Below, in pieces: positions 25,701-36,414 of a DNA stretch of 64,000 nucleotides. Every line of letters starts with the position of its first letter. Position 1 is the first letter of the stretch. The DNA comes from Gammaproteobacteria bacterium (GTDB lineage: Bacteria; Pseudomonadota; Gammaproteobacteria; UBA4575), in assembly GCA_965221955.1 (NCBI GenBank), contig CBDCTA010000022.1:192001-256000 (forward strand), given 5' to 3'. The notes beneath the pieces are model-generated. The model was not told where the DNA came from, searched no databases, and worked only from the letters and a program-made list of their open reading frames with translations. The position numbers were made by a program, and so were the translations under genes.

Positions 25701-26657
25701 CGCAACAAGATCACGCTTACGATAATACTGAAACCAGTTAGCAAAGTTTTGCATTTCTTCAGCATAACTGCAGGTTACGGTTCCGTTTCCATTATCAATA
25801 CTACAGTCGCTGCGGCCGGTTTCGTTTGTGCTATTATAAATAGATCGCGTAAAGGTAGCTGGACAACTTGCACCTGTAGTACACCCTCCCGTTCTAATTT
25901 CAATTAACTGGTGAGAGTCATTGTCATCCACATCACCATCAGTATCGGTATCGGTCCAGGTGTAGTAACGAGCCGGGTAGTAGTCGGTGTTATTAAACAC
26001 AAAAACAATGCCCATAGCTTCATCAGACCATCCTGGCAATCCTGCCGCGGTGCACTCTGTAGAAACACAAGATGCAGAATACGTATGTGTTGTTGTTAAG
26101 TCTAAGCCGCCTTGAGCAGCGTCATATGGGTTATAAAGTGCGTTCGTCGCTGATGCATCTGCGTAAGTAGTGCCAGAATTATCAACACCCGCCCAGGGTT
26201 TATATGTAGTCTCAGGGTTATAGTAAACTTTATTGTAATCCACATTCCTAGCACGCCACACACCCAAATAAGGGGCAGCAACACCTTGTGCATTTAAAAA
26301 ATCCTCAGATGGCATAACAAAGAAACTGGCATTTGAAGCAGGAGGTGTAGCCCCTGTTGTTACACCATTATCAGGATGTGCATAATAATAAACAAAATTA
26401 CCTCCAGTTGTACCTCCATTAGGTAAATGCATCCTTCCTTCTCTTTCAGGCGTCATTAAACCCCAGTCCATACTACCTGAATCATCATTAAGTACTATTA
26501 TATTGGGCTCTACACCTGTTGAAACTTCCAATACCGTGTTCGAAAGATCGAGTGGCCCGGTATATCCTACGTTACTAACCATTACCAAGGTTGATACAAC
26601 TGTGAAATACAATATTCGTATATAAAGCTGCTTAAACTTGTTTGTTTGAATACTCAT
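22722..26657 (-). CDS. pilY1: Type IV pilus tip adhesin PilY1/PilC (copy A)
   Basis: 1311 aa; DDSGSM vWA/MIDAS-like motif, LGDIVHS, YVGANDGMLHAF, Ca-binding DIDGDGTVD..YAGD, ends GRNSWREL. Confidence 0.93.
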   Translation of the reverse strand: MSIQTNKFKQLYIRILYFTVVSTLVMVSNVGYTGPLDLSNTVLEVSTGVEPNIIVLNDDSGSMDWGLMTPEREGRMHLPNGGTTGGNFVYYYAHPDNGVTTGATPPASNASFFVMPSEDFLNAQGVAAPYLGVWRARNVDYNKVYYNPETTYKPWAGVDNSGTTYADASATNALYNPYDAAQGGLDLTTTHTYSASCVSTECTAAGLPGWSDEAMGIVFVFNNTDYYPARYYTWTDTDTDGDVDDNDSHQLIEIRTGGCTTGASCPATFTRSIYNSTNETGRSDCSIDNGNGTVTCSYAEEMQNFANWFQYYRKRDLVAKAALSNVIDETTLARIGYATLHDNNSVATQVSSMNLSPGSGNKKSLLDNIFSTRPSGGTPLRENFEQVGRYFECEDGDIFGSTSDSTPGSSGCPIEAAPNGTCQQNFAILMTDGFYNGSDPGVSDEDGDDDTNFDNGAFADDYSDTLADIAMEYYENDLHSSLANDVPTTNKDVSRYPDTATTLTLEDTMHQHMATYSVGFGVEGTLSTMPSDPTVVNKSYWPDPDDGDPEKIDDLRHAAYNGRGSFTSANNPEVLANTLEEIFDEIGTGEGAASSVAFNSQTIEADSVVFRAFFNTQDNTGSLVAQRINFNGTLNVDTNGDPIFEWNAAEELDNKTGASSDSRVIITYDDNGASSQGVAFKWAGSSKITGPRNNTSTQMYALDQPVPANVSDVGDERLNYLRGHSVDEGPTFDDGEFRIRPLFAGKLGDIVHSTPVYVGQPSFTGRISGAFPGEFPSNVDDLYTTFKSDNANRTSVVYVGANDGMLHAFKATDGEELFAYVPNILFDELSELTDPDYDHRFYVDLTPSINDVFMKKSGSTDASWNTVLVGGLGAGGKGYYALNITDPSAFTTETNAAQNVMWEFTEADDGIIGNSDLGYSFSAPLLAMSNADINSDGEKDWVAIFGNGFNSTSTDGDAAIYMAFLEAGQDGVWTSGSDYIKISTGYGKAESSDGTTPNGIGGVRGIDIDGDGTVDQLYAGDLQGNLYRVDVSSTNPSQWDDSSNRDVLFKARYGTSYPRTAVQPIINRPIVVKNKDEGGYIVIVATGSWMTSDDSTSTDIQSIYGIWDNGTGNEVLMVDSDNQLVEQIFTNHTSKEHGFTVRSLTNNAINWKDTGSTNNKVMGWYIDLDMPAAGLSSGVEYPGERAVRNLQLRGDFLFVNTIIPKSSNPCNTGAGGFELAFNPLTGGSGSDFIFDINADGTFDLDDNINDTAGDAYIVAGIRFDDTTPTDAAFIGKYRVTQQSDKTVRSIGTNTEATATTGRNSWRELIVQ

Positions 26658-26693
26658 TGATCCTACTCCGAATTCCTTTTCTTCATATAATCT

Positions 26694-27251
26694 CTACAAA
26701 CGCTTTCCATATGTAGATTGTAAAATTACGACGGCATTGTCATTACTTCCTGTGCCTCTCGCTGTGACACGAAACATTTCTGTTTGTCCAGCACCTGTAC
26801 CTGCGCCATAATTATCTAAATTTAAATTGTCAACTTCTTCAACATTTGAAGCATAGTATTCAATAATATATCTTGGTGATTGATTAACTTTGTAAGTGTT
26901 ATCAAAAGTACTATGTGATATTACTTCGTTATCATTTCCTGAATCCGTTCCATTCCAATCAACCACATTCCAAATTTTTTCTATCGAATCATCATATAGA
27001 CCATCTGTACCATCCGTATCAAAATTACCTACTGTGATAACATTGTTTTCAATAAAACGCTCGCCAACTAATAACGCTGCTTCTGCTGCTTCAAATGCAA
27101 CATGCTTATCTTTTGAGTTACCTGACATTTTTTCTTCAAATGTCGACATTCGCATGCCCGTTAAACCAATTAAGGTGAGAACGATCAACATCAGCATGCC
27201 TATTACAAGCACAACACCTTTTTGTCTCTTTTGTAAATTGATTATCTGCAT
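26694..27251 (-). CDS. pilX: Minor pilin PilX (copy A)
   Basis: QKGVVLVIGMLML, AFEAAEAAL, FRVTARG...LQSTY. Confidence 0.9.
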   Translation of the reverse strand: MQIINLQKRQKGVVLVIGMLMLIVLTLIGLTGMRMSTFEEKMSGNSKDKHVAFEAAEAALLVGERFIENNVITVGNFDTDGTDGLYDDSIEKIWNVVDWNGTDSGNDNEVISHSTFDNTYKVNQSPRYIIEYYASNVEEVDNLNLDNYGAGTGAGQTEMFRVTARGTGSNDNAVVILQSTYGKRL

Positions 27252-27266
27252 AAGATTTATTCCGAA

Positions 27267-28412
27267 TTAATTTAGGCCACGATTTCGTACTTTAATCGTT
27301 GAGTTAAAAACATTTCTTAATCGTCGATCGCCGTCATGAGTAATAGTTGTACTCGTATCTGCAATAGCAGTACCAGCCACATTGTAGGAATTGGTATCAT
27401 TTATTTTGTTTATTTGATCCGGCGAATGTGACAAAAACCCTACCCTTACAGAAACTACATCATTCCATGTAGTAACATTATTTGCAGTAAAATAGCGCTC
27501 GGGTTGCGTGTCACTATCCGTGTCTTCACCGTATAAAATTTGCATATTTTCAATACCGTCTAGTAGCTCCTCAGATGCAAATGCAATACTTGTTCCTGCG
27601 GTATCAACCTCTGAGATCGTACGTCTATACAATGATCGACTATTTCCTGATGCACTCACACCAATGTAATATCCAACAGCTTTGAAATTTAACCAACTGT
27701 GAACCAGGTCCATATGTATGTGGTTCTAACCGCAGTCGAATCATCTGAGCAATCACCAATTCCCCCCTAACGCAACGTTGAGCAATTTCCTGGTGATACT
27801 GCATGTACCAGTATTGTGTACAACAGTTACGTTAGAGGAATTTACGTTTGAAACTTGGAATATTGCAGCAGCAGTTCCATCACAAATCAACGCTATATCA
27901 CCATCATCTAAAGTGTGTAGGTCATTTAATTTAAACTGTGCAGATACTGGATTATGTTGAGTGACTTTATAAATCTCGTCGTCCCCACGTAAAATAACAA
28001 TGGCATCTGTGCCTGCTACACGATCACCAGGACTTGTACCTACAGCTGGAAAGCCTGATGGGAAACACACTTATGCCGCCTTCATATCCTATTAAAGCGA
28101 ACGATCCGAAAAAAGTCATAAATAAGATCTCAGTACCTTGATTTAATTGAATTAGCGATGTTCGCCCGTAAGGCGACACGGCATAAATCCAGCCATTCGA
28201 ATATCTTGCCGTAGATATTCCATTGCAAAGCGTGCACTTTCTTGAAGTCGAGATAGATTTTCAGATAAGTTGTAGGTTTCTTTCGTAGTTAAATAAACTT
28301 TTGTAATTCCAGTAGTCAAAAGCAAACCAAGTACTAATGCCACCATTAGCTCGATTATAGTTAAACCTTTATTTTTCTTTTTTGTTGAAAATGTTTTATT
28401 TTTTAAGCTCAT
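27267..28412 (-). CDS. pilW: Minor pilin PilW (copy A), broken into three ORFs by frameshifts
   Basis: 28152-28412 G|LTIIELMVAL...QESARFA...DIRMAG; 27753-28070 GTDAIVI; 27267-27713 EELLDGIENMQILYGED...VRVG...KVRN; collinear with the intact paralogue at 34834-35922. Confidence 0.85.
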
Positions 28413-28900
28413 AATTCTGTGCTCACCTGAAAAGTTCTTTGCACCCCATCTCGATCATTCCAGCGCACACTTACGGTATGGATAGTTCCATTGCGTGTAA
28501 CAGCACCGTCACCTCCAGGTAGTAGCCCAGAAATTGATAAAGTAGTAGAACAAGTATTAATTGCATCCCAATTACCTAAAGAACATTTCCATTCATTAAT
28601 GTCGTATGCAGCTAACTCTGCAGTGGTGCATGCACCAGACTGACACTCCGTGGTTCCTGAAGGAGCTGTTCCTAGAGCTGTTACGTATGAACCGCCTTGA
28701 GCTGCACCAAGATTGGCGCGCATTTTATCGACCATGTCATAAGCTAAGAAAGAAGCTTGTGTACGTAAGTATGCACTATGGTTATTTTTCATACTTAAGG
28801 TTTGCAAAGCTGCTAAACCCACTAAACCAATAGATAACACAACAACTGCAATAAGCACTTCGATTAAAGTTGTACCAATTTGCGTTTTTAAATTATGCAT
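28409..28900 (-). CDS. pilV: Minor pilin PilV (copy A)
   Basis: G|TTLIEVLIAVVVLSIGLVGLAALQ, AYDMVDKMRAN. Confidence 0.92.
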   Translation of the reverse strand: MHNLKTQIGTTLIEVLIAVVVLSIGLVGLAALQTLSMKNNHSAYLRTQASFLAYDMVDKMRANLGAAQGGSYVTALGTAPSGTTECQSGACTTAELAAYDINEWKCSLGNWDAINTCSTTLSISGLLPGGDGAVTRNGTIHTVSVRWNDRDGVQRTFQVSTEL

Positions 28901-28919
28901 AAGGAGCTACTTACTAACT

Positions 28920-29510
28920 TTAAGCTGGTGTACATGAAGTAATATTATTTCCTGCATCGTCTTCAGGAACTTTGTCATTATTTGTATCTTTTGCGACACG
29001 CGCTCGACCAGAGGTAATTACAAACACAGCACGTGATTTTGTAGTGTCAGCACTTTTACACAGGACAAAATGATCCTGTGCCGCATCAGGGTCCGCATTT
29101 GCAATACCACCAGTAGGTAAATATGAAATAAAATTAGCGAATCGATTGTTGCCTCGTAGAGTAATGTTAGCGTCTAAGGCTTCGTGAATTTTTAATAGTT
29201 GTTCCCCCGCATCATAGTTGCCATCAGCAGGTGCATCATCAACAAATACTAACCAACCGTCTTCATAACCGCTCGCACCACAATTAACCCCATCATCACT
29301 CATGCATACAGTAACTCTTTTACCGGTTTTCACAGATTCACTTCGAGCATATTGAAGTGTTGAGATAAGCTCATTAATTTTTGTTGATAACTGGTTTTGC
29401 TCTATAGTATTTGAAAAACTCGGCAAACCCATAGTCAACATAACTGATATTAAGGCAACAGCAATCATAAGTTCAAAAATTGTGAAACCACGATGTAGTT
29501 TTGTTTTCAT
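28920..29510 (-). CDS. fimU: Minor pilin FimU/FimT (GspH-like) (copy A)
   Basis: MKTKLHRG|FTIFELMIAV, LQYARSESVK, VTVC, GWLVFVD; ATG at 29510 after AGGA. Confidence 0.85.
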   Translation of the reverse strand: MKTKLHRGFTIFELMIAVALISVMLTMGLPSFSNTIEQNQLSTKINELISTLQYARSESVKTGKRVTVCMSDDGVNCGASGYEDGWLVFVDDAPADGNYDAGEQLLKIHEALDANITLRGNNRFANFISYLPTGGIANADPDAAQDHFVLCKSADTTKSRAVFVITSGRARVAKDTNNDKVPEDDAGNNITSCTPA

Positions 29511-29629
29511 AATCCTAAAATCTAATCTTTGAAAGAGAGGGAGCACCTCTCTCGTCCAACAATGCAAATTACTTTACATTGATATGCAAGGATTTTTCAC
29601 GAGTGCGTTGTAACTCGCTTGGATTCTCT

Positions 29630-29711
29630 GATGAGCGGAAGTGCTTGATTTTAAAATGTGAAATAGGTTTATTGCCTGCAAAATAGCGCAACAATTTTTA
29701 CCGATGAGTGG
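29630..29711 (-). promoter_or_regulatory. Two candidate AlgR/LytTR-type boxes upstream of fimU operon A
   Basis: Minus strand CCGCTCATC (29630-29638) and CCACTCATC (29703-29711), similar to the P. aeruginosa AlgR box CCGTTCGTC. Confidence 0.4.
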
Positions 29712-29919
29712 TAAATATGATAAATTTTGTTTACAATCTTCTTAAAAATATTTCAGTGTAATTTTATGCTGATTACAATCCCTGCAAAAATTTGATTGCG
29801 CATACAAACTATTTATTTTCATTAGAATTTAAATCAAACGCATAAAAAAAACAGATAAATAGAGCGGAGGCTCAAATACCGATCGAGCTGTAAATATACT
29901 AGTAAATAGAGATTCCTTG

Positions 29920-30417
29920 AATGTGCTATTCCAGCTACCACTTTGAAGCTGGTGTTTTCACATTACGTGAATTATAGGTGAGATTGCCATCACTTGTTTG
30001 ACCTGCCTGTGCGGTTGCAGTCAAGTAATACACAATCTAGATATGGGTGTAGGCGCATCACACACTGCTGCTGTTATTAAATAAAATCCTTTTTCAGAAG
30101 GCACCGTTCCATCTCCATTAGGAGTCAGGATAGTTTAAGCCTACCGTCTCCGCCAGCTACTAGATTGTCTATAGTATAAGCTACTATTTCTAGCAGTAGA
30201 ACTTCTGTTGCTCGTTCATGCATAATCTCTAACAACATTCTTTGTCCGTCCGAACGACGGTTTTCAAGCTATTTGAGACTCATAGTTTGGGTACGCAAGT
30301 ACGACAAGAATAGATAATGCTGCAATCAGTACCATCATTAATTCGATGAGGGTGATACCTGAGTTTTGTTTCAGACAATTTGACTTAAAACTATTGAAAA
30401 ACTTAAGTTGTATTCAT
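29920..30417 (-). pseudogene. pilE: PilE-like minor pilin (copy B), heavily frameshifted in this sequence (not in ORF track)
   Basis: Manual reading across frames: SG|ITLIELMMVL...AYPNYESQI, then RRSDGQRMLLEIMH, EQQKFY; 3' end approximate. Confidence 0.7.
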
Positions 30418-30425
30418 GGAATAAG

Positions 30426-33400
30426 TTACTGTCGTAATTCTTTCCATGAATGTCTACCTAGCAATGCGCCATAACCCACCACCACCATTTAAGTCTGGAT
30501 TAACAAGTATTCTATCCACATACTCCGTATGCTGAGAGTTGCGTGATACGCGATAGTCGCCAATAAAAGTGCTAGAATCACTTGGAATCCCACTCTTGAA
30601 ATTGTGTTCCAGCAATAGTACTCGATAAGCCTGTACAGTACTGATTAATATATTATCGTTCAGCATCAAATAACACCATCTATATTAATATCGAAAATTA
30701 TGACTTCGATGTCTACGCCACCATCTCAATGCGATTTACACTTAAACCAAATCCACCCGCAGAGTGGTTCACAACTTGTGCCATCTTGTGGAATCACAGT
30801 ATTAAAAAATAATTGATTATTACGTAGTTGTAAAGTTACGTATTGGTCGCTCACCTGGAAATTGTATGCCACTAGTTCCACTTGGTGGCGGCACATCGAA
30901 AGTCAATGTACCAACCGCGCACATCAGGATCCGAATCCGATGGATTATCGTATATAGTTAACATGGATTTGATCGAAACCGTGCGCACAACTCAATATCA
31001 TTACCATTCACAGCTAGTCTACATGGAAGTTAGTAAAGTTTTGCTCAATCAAGTTCTGTAGTCAAATTAGAATGCTACATTTAGTGCTATTGTTTGAAGT
31101 ATTGCCCGCTGGGTTATCCCAAAGACCATAAATAGACTGAATTGCATGTGCTTGTTGCATCTTCTTTTGTGAAAGTAGCTTCCAGTCCCGACTATTACTA
31201 TATAATCCACCATGCTGGGTTGGCTACATTACTGTGGGACGTGTTGTGATCGGTTGCGAAATCTCGTTTCCTAATGAATCTTCATAGGTTGCGGTAAATA
31301 ATATTCTTTCTATAGTCCAACCCGATGGGTTAGAGCTAGATAGATTGATAATATAAACATTACCTTTGCGGTCCCCAGCGTAGGCACGATCTGCCGTACC
31401 ATCACCATTTGTATCTATTGCCGTAATTCCTCCAATACCATTTGGTGAACCATCGGCTAATGGGCCTTCACCGGTATCAAGTTTGATGTAATCACTACCT
31501 AAACTCCAACCGTTATAGCCATTATCCAAAAACAAAATATAGATCACTGCATTTCCTGTTGCACTGCTATTGCTATCAGCTACAGTATTGTTAAAGCCAT
31601 TACCAAATATGGCGACCCAATCTTTATTTCCTGACGAGGGCGCATTGCTCATGGCGATTACAGGGCGACTGTATGAAAAGCCTAAATCCGCATCATTACT
31701 ATCGGTAAATTCCCACATCACATCTTGTTCATCAAAGATATTCGGTTCAGTAATATCCAGGGCAAAATAACCTTGTCCGCCAGCACCTAAACCATTCACC
31801 AGTACCGTGCGCCACTCTTGTGATCCACCCCTCACAGGATCAATAAACACATCATTAACACTTGGTGTTAAATCAACGAAAAACTCATGTGTGTAATTTG
31901 GGTTGGTGTAATTACCTACTTTATCGAGTAACACATCTGGAATATACGCAAAACGCTCATCTCCTGGGTCAGCAGAAGCGGTGTCATTTACATAGAATGA
32001 ATGCAGCATGCCATCATTTGCGCCCACATAAACAAGCTGTTCGCGATTTTGAGTCGCTACCCGAAATTCTGCATAAGTATTCCCTACTCCACTTGGAAAC
32101 GCACCACCAATTCGATTTACAAAAGGCGGCCCGCCCACAAATACTGGTGATGAATGAACAATATCACCTAACTTGCCACCTGTTGTAATTCCATTAACTG
32201 TTGAAAGTGGTGCACGCTCACGCATTTCTCCATTATCAAAGTCTGTACCTTCATCTGAAGTATCGCCGCGTAGATAATCTACTCGAGTCTCAACAAGTGT
32301 ACTTAATATCGTTGCTGGTGGTGGTGGTGCTTGTGGATTTTCCAACGCATTCACTTGTGCTGGAGTTAAGCTAGTAAATACAAATTCGGTACCTTGGTCT
32401 GTTGCAGGATCAAAACTAAATATATTTCTCGAACTGAGAGATTGTGCATTCACTTGAGTCGCTGCGCTCCATTCAAAAATGGGGTTACCATTACTGTCTT
32501 CATTAAAGCTGCCATCAAAGTTAACGCGCTGTGCAACGAGTTCGCCCGTATTATTAGCTAAGTTGGAAAAGGTTCTAAACACCAATGTATTTTCACGAAT
32601 ATTTTGTGAATTAAATGCCAAAGCCGTAGTTGAACCAAAATTTGTCCCCGCGCGCGAAAAAGAAGACTCCACTTCATTAATTATCATTGGGAAATCTCTT
32701 TCATCAAGCGCTGGAATAAAGTTTCCTCTGCCGTTATATGCAGCATGGCGTAAATCATCAATCGTCCCTGGAAAAGTTGCAGGATTTATCCAACTAAAAC
32801 TACTTGTAGCATCTCCAGGAAATGACGTGTTAATTATCAAATTTAAATTATTAAATATGCCTACAACATTTGTATTTAAATGTTGATGCAAAGTATCTCC
32901 GGCTAAGAGTGCTGCCGGCGTATTTGGATCACGAATGAAATCGATACTTGTAGCAGGAACATTATCAGCTAGAGAAGTTTGTAAATCATTTTCATGATAA
33001 AAAATTGCAACATCAGCTAATGTATTAGAGAAGCTATCTGCAAAAGCTCCCCCGTCAAAGTCACTTACTAAGTCGTCTTGGTCTTCATTACCCACGGAGG
33101 GATCAGACCCATTGTAAAAACCATCGGAAAATATAAATGCAGTGTTTGTCTGACATGTCCCACCAGGTGCGGGTAACGCTGGGCATTCTGAATCACCCGG
33201 AGAACTATCATCATCAGAATTAAAAATATCATCTTCTTCACATTCGAAATAGATGCCAACTGTTTCAAACGCTGAACGTAAAGGTGTATTACCCGTTGAA
33301 TTGACACTAAAAACTTCGTTTAAAAGCGAACGTTTATTTCCACTAGCTGTCGAAAGATTTTGCAATGCAACAGGCAATCCTACACCTGTATTTTGGTTAG

Positions 33401-34265
33401 TTGTTGAAAAACCCACTCTTGATGCAGTGCTACTGGCTATTGCATGTGAGGATAACGCTTTTGCTACGTATTCACGCTTTCGATAATATGCAAACCAATT
33501 AGCAAAATTTTGTTGAGTGGTTACATCTTGATCTTTAATTAATCTTTGTGTTTCTTCTCCAGATTCAAATATGTTGTTAGCATTTACATCATTCCATTCA
33601 TAATAAGCAAATCCACTTCCACTTATTCGATTTCCACTTATGTCCATCCCAGATTGTTGGTTTGTAAGATTGATGCGCTCGGTATTTGTTGGATCGAATG
33701 GATTATCAGGTGCATTTGTGATGTCTACATCTGGGAAAACATTGCCATTTACATCAACTCCCGCCCACGGAACATAGGTTTTATTTGGATCGAAATACAA
33801 TGGATTGAATCTTGAGTTACGCACCCTAAATTCATCGTCACGCGCCACAAAACAATTTCGAATAAATGGATCATTTAATGCATTAATTGGATCCATTGGA
33901 TTAAGATTATTACTATTAAATGCAACAATATATAAATATCCCGACACATACTCACCACTTCCACTTGCAATCGTTGTGTCAATATACGGCTGACAAGAAG
34001 CAGGACCACCCGCTTCTGGAACACGATGCGTAATTGTAGCGATTGCACAACTTCCTCCAACATTTGAAGAACAAAAAGCACCGCTATTATCTGAGTTTTG
34101 TGTCAAGATTTCCCAATCCATGCTGCCTGAATCATCCGTCAAGATAAAAACATTCGGTGGAACAGAAGGTGTAAGCTCTAATGGAACATTAGAAATATTT
34201 AGCGATGCAGCATTTACAACACAACTTAATGCAAAAGAAATAAAAATGAAAAAATAAATACGCAT
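30426..34265 (-). CDS. pilY1: PilY1/PilC adhesin (copy B); last ~800 bp frameshifted
   Basis: 1013-aa ORF with DDSGSMDW, NFANWFAYYRKR, LGDIVHS, YVGANDGMLHSF, DTNGDGTADRAYAGD. Broken tail ends LGRHSWKELRQ-TAA at 30426, matching GRNSWREL of copy A. Confidence 0.9.
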
Positions 34266-34298
34266 GTAGCTAGCTTTGAAACCTTTAACCTAAAATAA

Positions 34299-34823
34299 TT
34301 AAAAATCTGCACCAAATATAGATTGCAACACAGCCTCTGTATTATTACTGCTACCGGTACCACGTGCAGTTACACGAAATAGTTCGACTGTCTGTTGCGC
34401 TTGACCTTCGCCATAACCCTGTACAAGCAAGTCTGGTGCAACTTGTGTTGATGCGATACGTTGAATGATAAAACGTGGTCGCGCAGCTACATTTCCAGGT
34501 AAGTTATAGTTTGTGTACTCACGCGAATCGGAGCCATCCCAATTTAACGTAGACCACAACTCATCATTTGCATTGTTATACAAACCATCGGCTCCATTCG
34601 TATCAAAATCAGCAAGGTTTACTGCGCCAGATGCTAATAAATTTTCTCCTGAACGCAATGCTGCTTCCGCAGTTTGCAAAGCCACTAAACTGTCTTTGGT
34701 GTTACTCGCCATGCGCATTTCAAGCGTTGCACCTTGCATGCTCGTAATGGCAATCAGAGACATAATCAACAACATGATTAATCCAACAAATAACACTGCG
34801 CCTTTTTGTTTAATCATGTACAT
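34299..34823 (-). CDS. pilX: Minor pilin PilX (copy B)
   Basis: QKGAVLFVGLIML, ALQTAEAAL, FRVTARG...LQS. Confidence 0.9.
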   Translation of the reverse strand: MYMIKQKGAVLFVGLIMLLIMSLIAITSMQGATLEMRMASNTKDSLVALQTAEAALRSGENLLASGAVNLADFDTNGADGLYNNANDELWSTLNWDGSDSREYTNYNLPGNVAARPRFIIQRIASTQVAPDLLVQGYGEGQAQQTVELFRVTARGTGSSNNTEAVLQSIFGADF

Positions 34824-34833
34824 ATAACACCCC

Positions 34834-35922
34834 TTATTGAATGCGGTTACGGATATTGATTGTAGTATTTACCGCATAACGTAATTTGTTATCTGCAGGA
34901 TGCGAAACTGCTGACGTATCTGAAATAAGTGTGCCAGCAACATTGTAAGTGTTGGTATCCACTTGAGTTGTAACTTCTTCCCCCGTCGCCATCAATAAAC
35001 CTAACCTCACTGTAATCACATTTGGCCACTGAGCAGCAGCAGTAATACTGTTAGCAGTATCAAAACGATCTGGAATTTGATCGTTATTCACATCTAAACC
35101 ATAAAGAATTTGCAAAGTTTCGACACCCTCAAGCAATTCTTCTGCATCCATTTGAGCAGTATTTGTTCCAGATGAAGGACCAAAAGCAACTAAATTACTA
35201 CGCCAAAGAGAATTTACGTTTGGGTTTTGTGAACTTTGCCTTACGTAATAAATTACTGGTTTATAGGATGCAATAATGGCATCTTGCCCATAGGTGCCAA
35301 TAGTAGTTGTTGCATTTCCTGGAACAATATTTGTGTTGTCCCCATAGCTAACCGTTCTTGAACCTGCATTAACATCAGAAATTTGAAATATTGAAGCTTG
35401 TCTTGGATCACAGGCTATGGCAATTCTGCCTCTTTCAAAGTCTTGATCTATAAAATTACTGTTTAATGTAAAGAATTCTCCAGCCGGATCATGGCCGAGC
35501 GTAGGACCGCCAAAATCTAAGGTAGAAGTAAAATTAGATGCTTTGAGAATAGCGATTGCATCGCTTCCTGCAACAACATTACTTGCAACTTCTGTTGGAA
35601 ATGTACTTGCACCTCCTTCATAACCACGAATACCAAAATTAAAATAATCTAAAAACCAAGAAGAGCCGCTTCCGCTTATTGCATTAGTAACCGTTGGAGG
35701 AAACCGACAAGGAAGATACCCAGCCATGCGAACATCTTGTGATATAAACTCTAAGCTAAAACGAAGACTTTCTTGCAAACGAGAGAGATTATCTGTCATT
35801 CGATAGGTTTCTTTGCTACTGATGTACATGCCCGTTACGCCGCCTACCAAAAACAAACCGAGCAACAGCGCGACCATGAGTTCAACCACAGAAAAACCAT
35901 TTTGTTTATTTAGAAATTTCAT
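34834..35922 (-). CDS. pilW: Minor pilin PilW (copy B)
   Basis: G|FSVVELMVAL, LQESLRFS...DVRMAGY, EELLEGVETLQILYG, NIRN. Confidence 0.92.
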   Translation of the reverse strand: MKFLNKQNGFSVVELMVALLLGLFLVGGVTGMYISSKETYRMTDNLSRLQESLRFSLEFISQDVRMAGYLPCRFPPTVTNAISGSGSSWFLDYFNFGIRGYEGGASTFPTEVASNVVAGSDAIAILKASNFTSTLDFGGPTLGHDPAGEFFTLNSNFIDQDFERGRIAIACDPRQASIFQISDVNAGSRTVSYGDNTNIVPGNATTTIGTYGQDAIIASYKPVIYYVRQSSQNPNVNSLWRSNLVAFGPSSGTNTAQMDAEELLEGVETLQILYGLDVNNDQIPDRFDTANSITAAAQWPNVITVRLGLLMATGEEVTTQVDTNTYNVAGTLISDTSAVSHPADNKLRYAVNTTINIRNRIQ

Positions 35923-36413
35923 AACTCTGCCATAATCATAATTGATTCAACTGGATTAGTTCCTTCCTGCCACTGAACCGTAACCGTTACATCATTACCA
36001 TTTCTTGCAACTTCGCCATCACCATTAGGCAAAACTGAAGTCATATTAAGTGGTGCGTTCGTGCATGGCGCATTAGCAGAGAAACTTCCTAAAGAGCATT
36101 TCCATTGCGTTAATTCGAATGTTGCCAACTGATCAGGCGAACATGTTGCAGTAGTACTTTGACAGTTAGTGAATCCACCAGGTATGTTTGTAAAAGTGGT
36201 GTCGTATGTCCCATTATTTAAACCTGCAGGATTAGCACGCATCTTATCAATCAAATCATAAGCAAAATAACTCGCTTGTGATTGTAAATATGCATTGTGA
36301 CTACTCTTCATGCTAAATAATTGCATACCAGCCATCCCCAGCAGCCCAATTGATAACACCGCAAGGGCTACTAGCACTTCCATTAATGTGAAACCTTGAA
36401 ATTTATACTTCAT
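35919..36413 (-). CDS. pilV: Minor pilin PilV (copy B)
   Basis: G|FTLMEVLVALAVLSIGLLGMAGMQ, AYDLIDKMRAN. Confidence 0.92.
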   Translation of the reverse strand: MKYKFQGFTLMEVLVALAVLSIGLLGMAGMQLFSMKSSHNAYLQSQASYFAYDLIDKMRANPAGLNNGTYDTTFTNIPGGFTNCQSTTATCSPDQLATFELTQWKCSLGSFSANAPCTNAPLNMTSVLPNGDGEVARNGNDVTVTVQWQEGTNPVESIMIMAEL

Positions 36414-36414
36414 T

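Noticed and set aside
30454-30669. 71-aa ORF as an independent gene
   Set aside because: It is a frameshifted fragment of the pilY1-B C-terminus (STFIGDYRV matches AAFIGKYRV of copy A)
27267-31230. Programmed frameshifting, phase variation or DGR-type diversification of pilus genes
   Set aside because: Indels are numerous and not tied to simple-sequence tracts; no reverse transcriptase, template repeat or invertase is in the window
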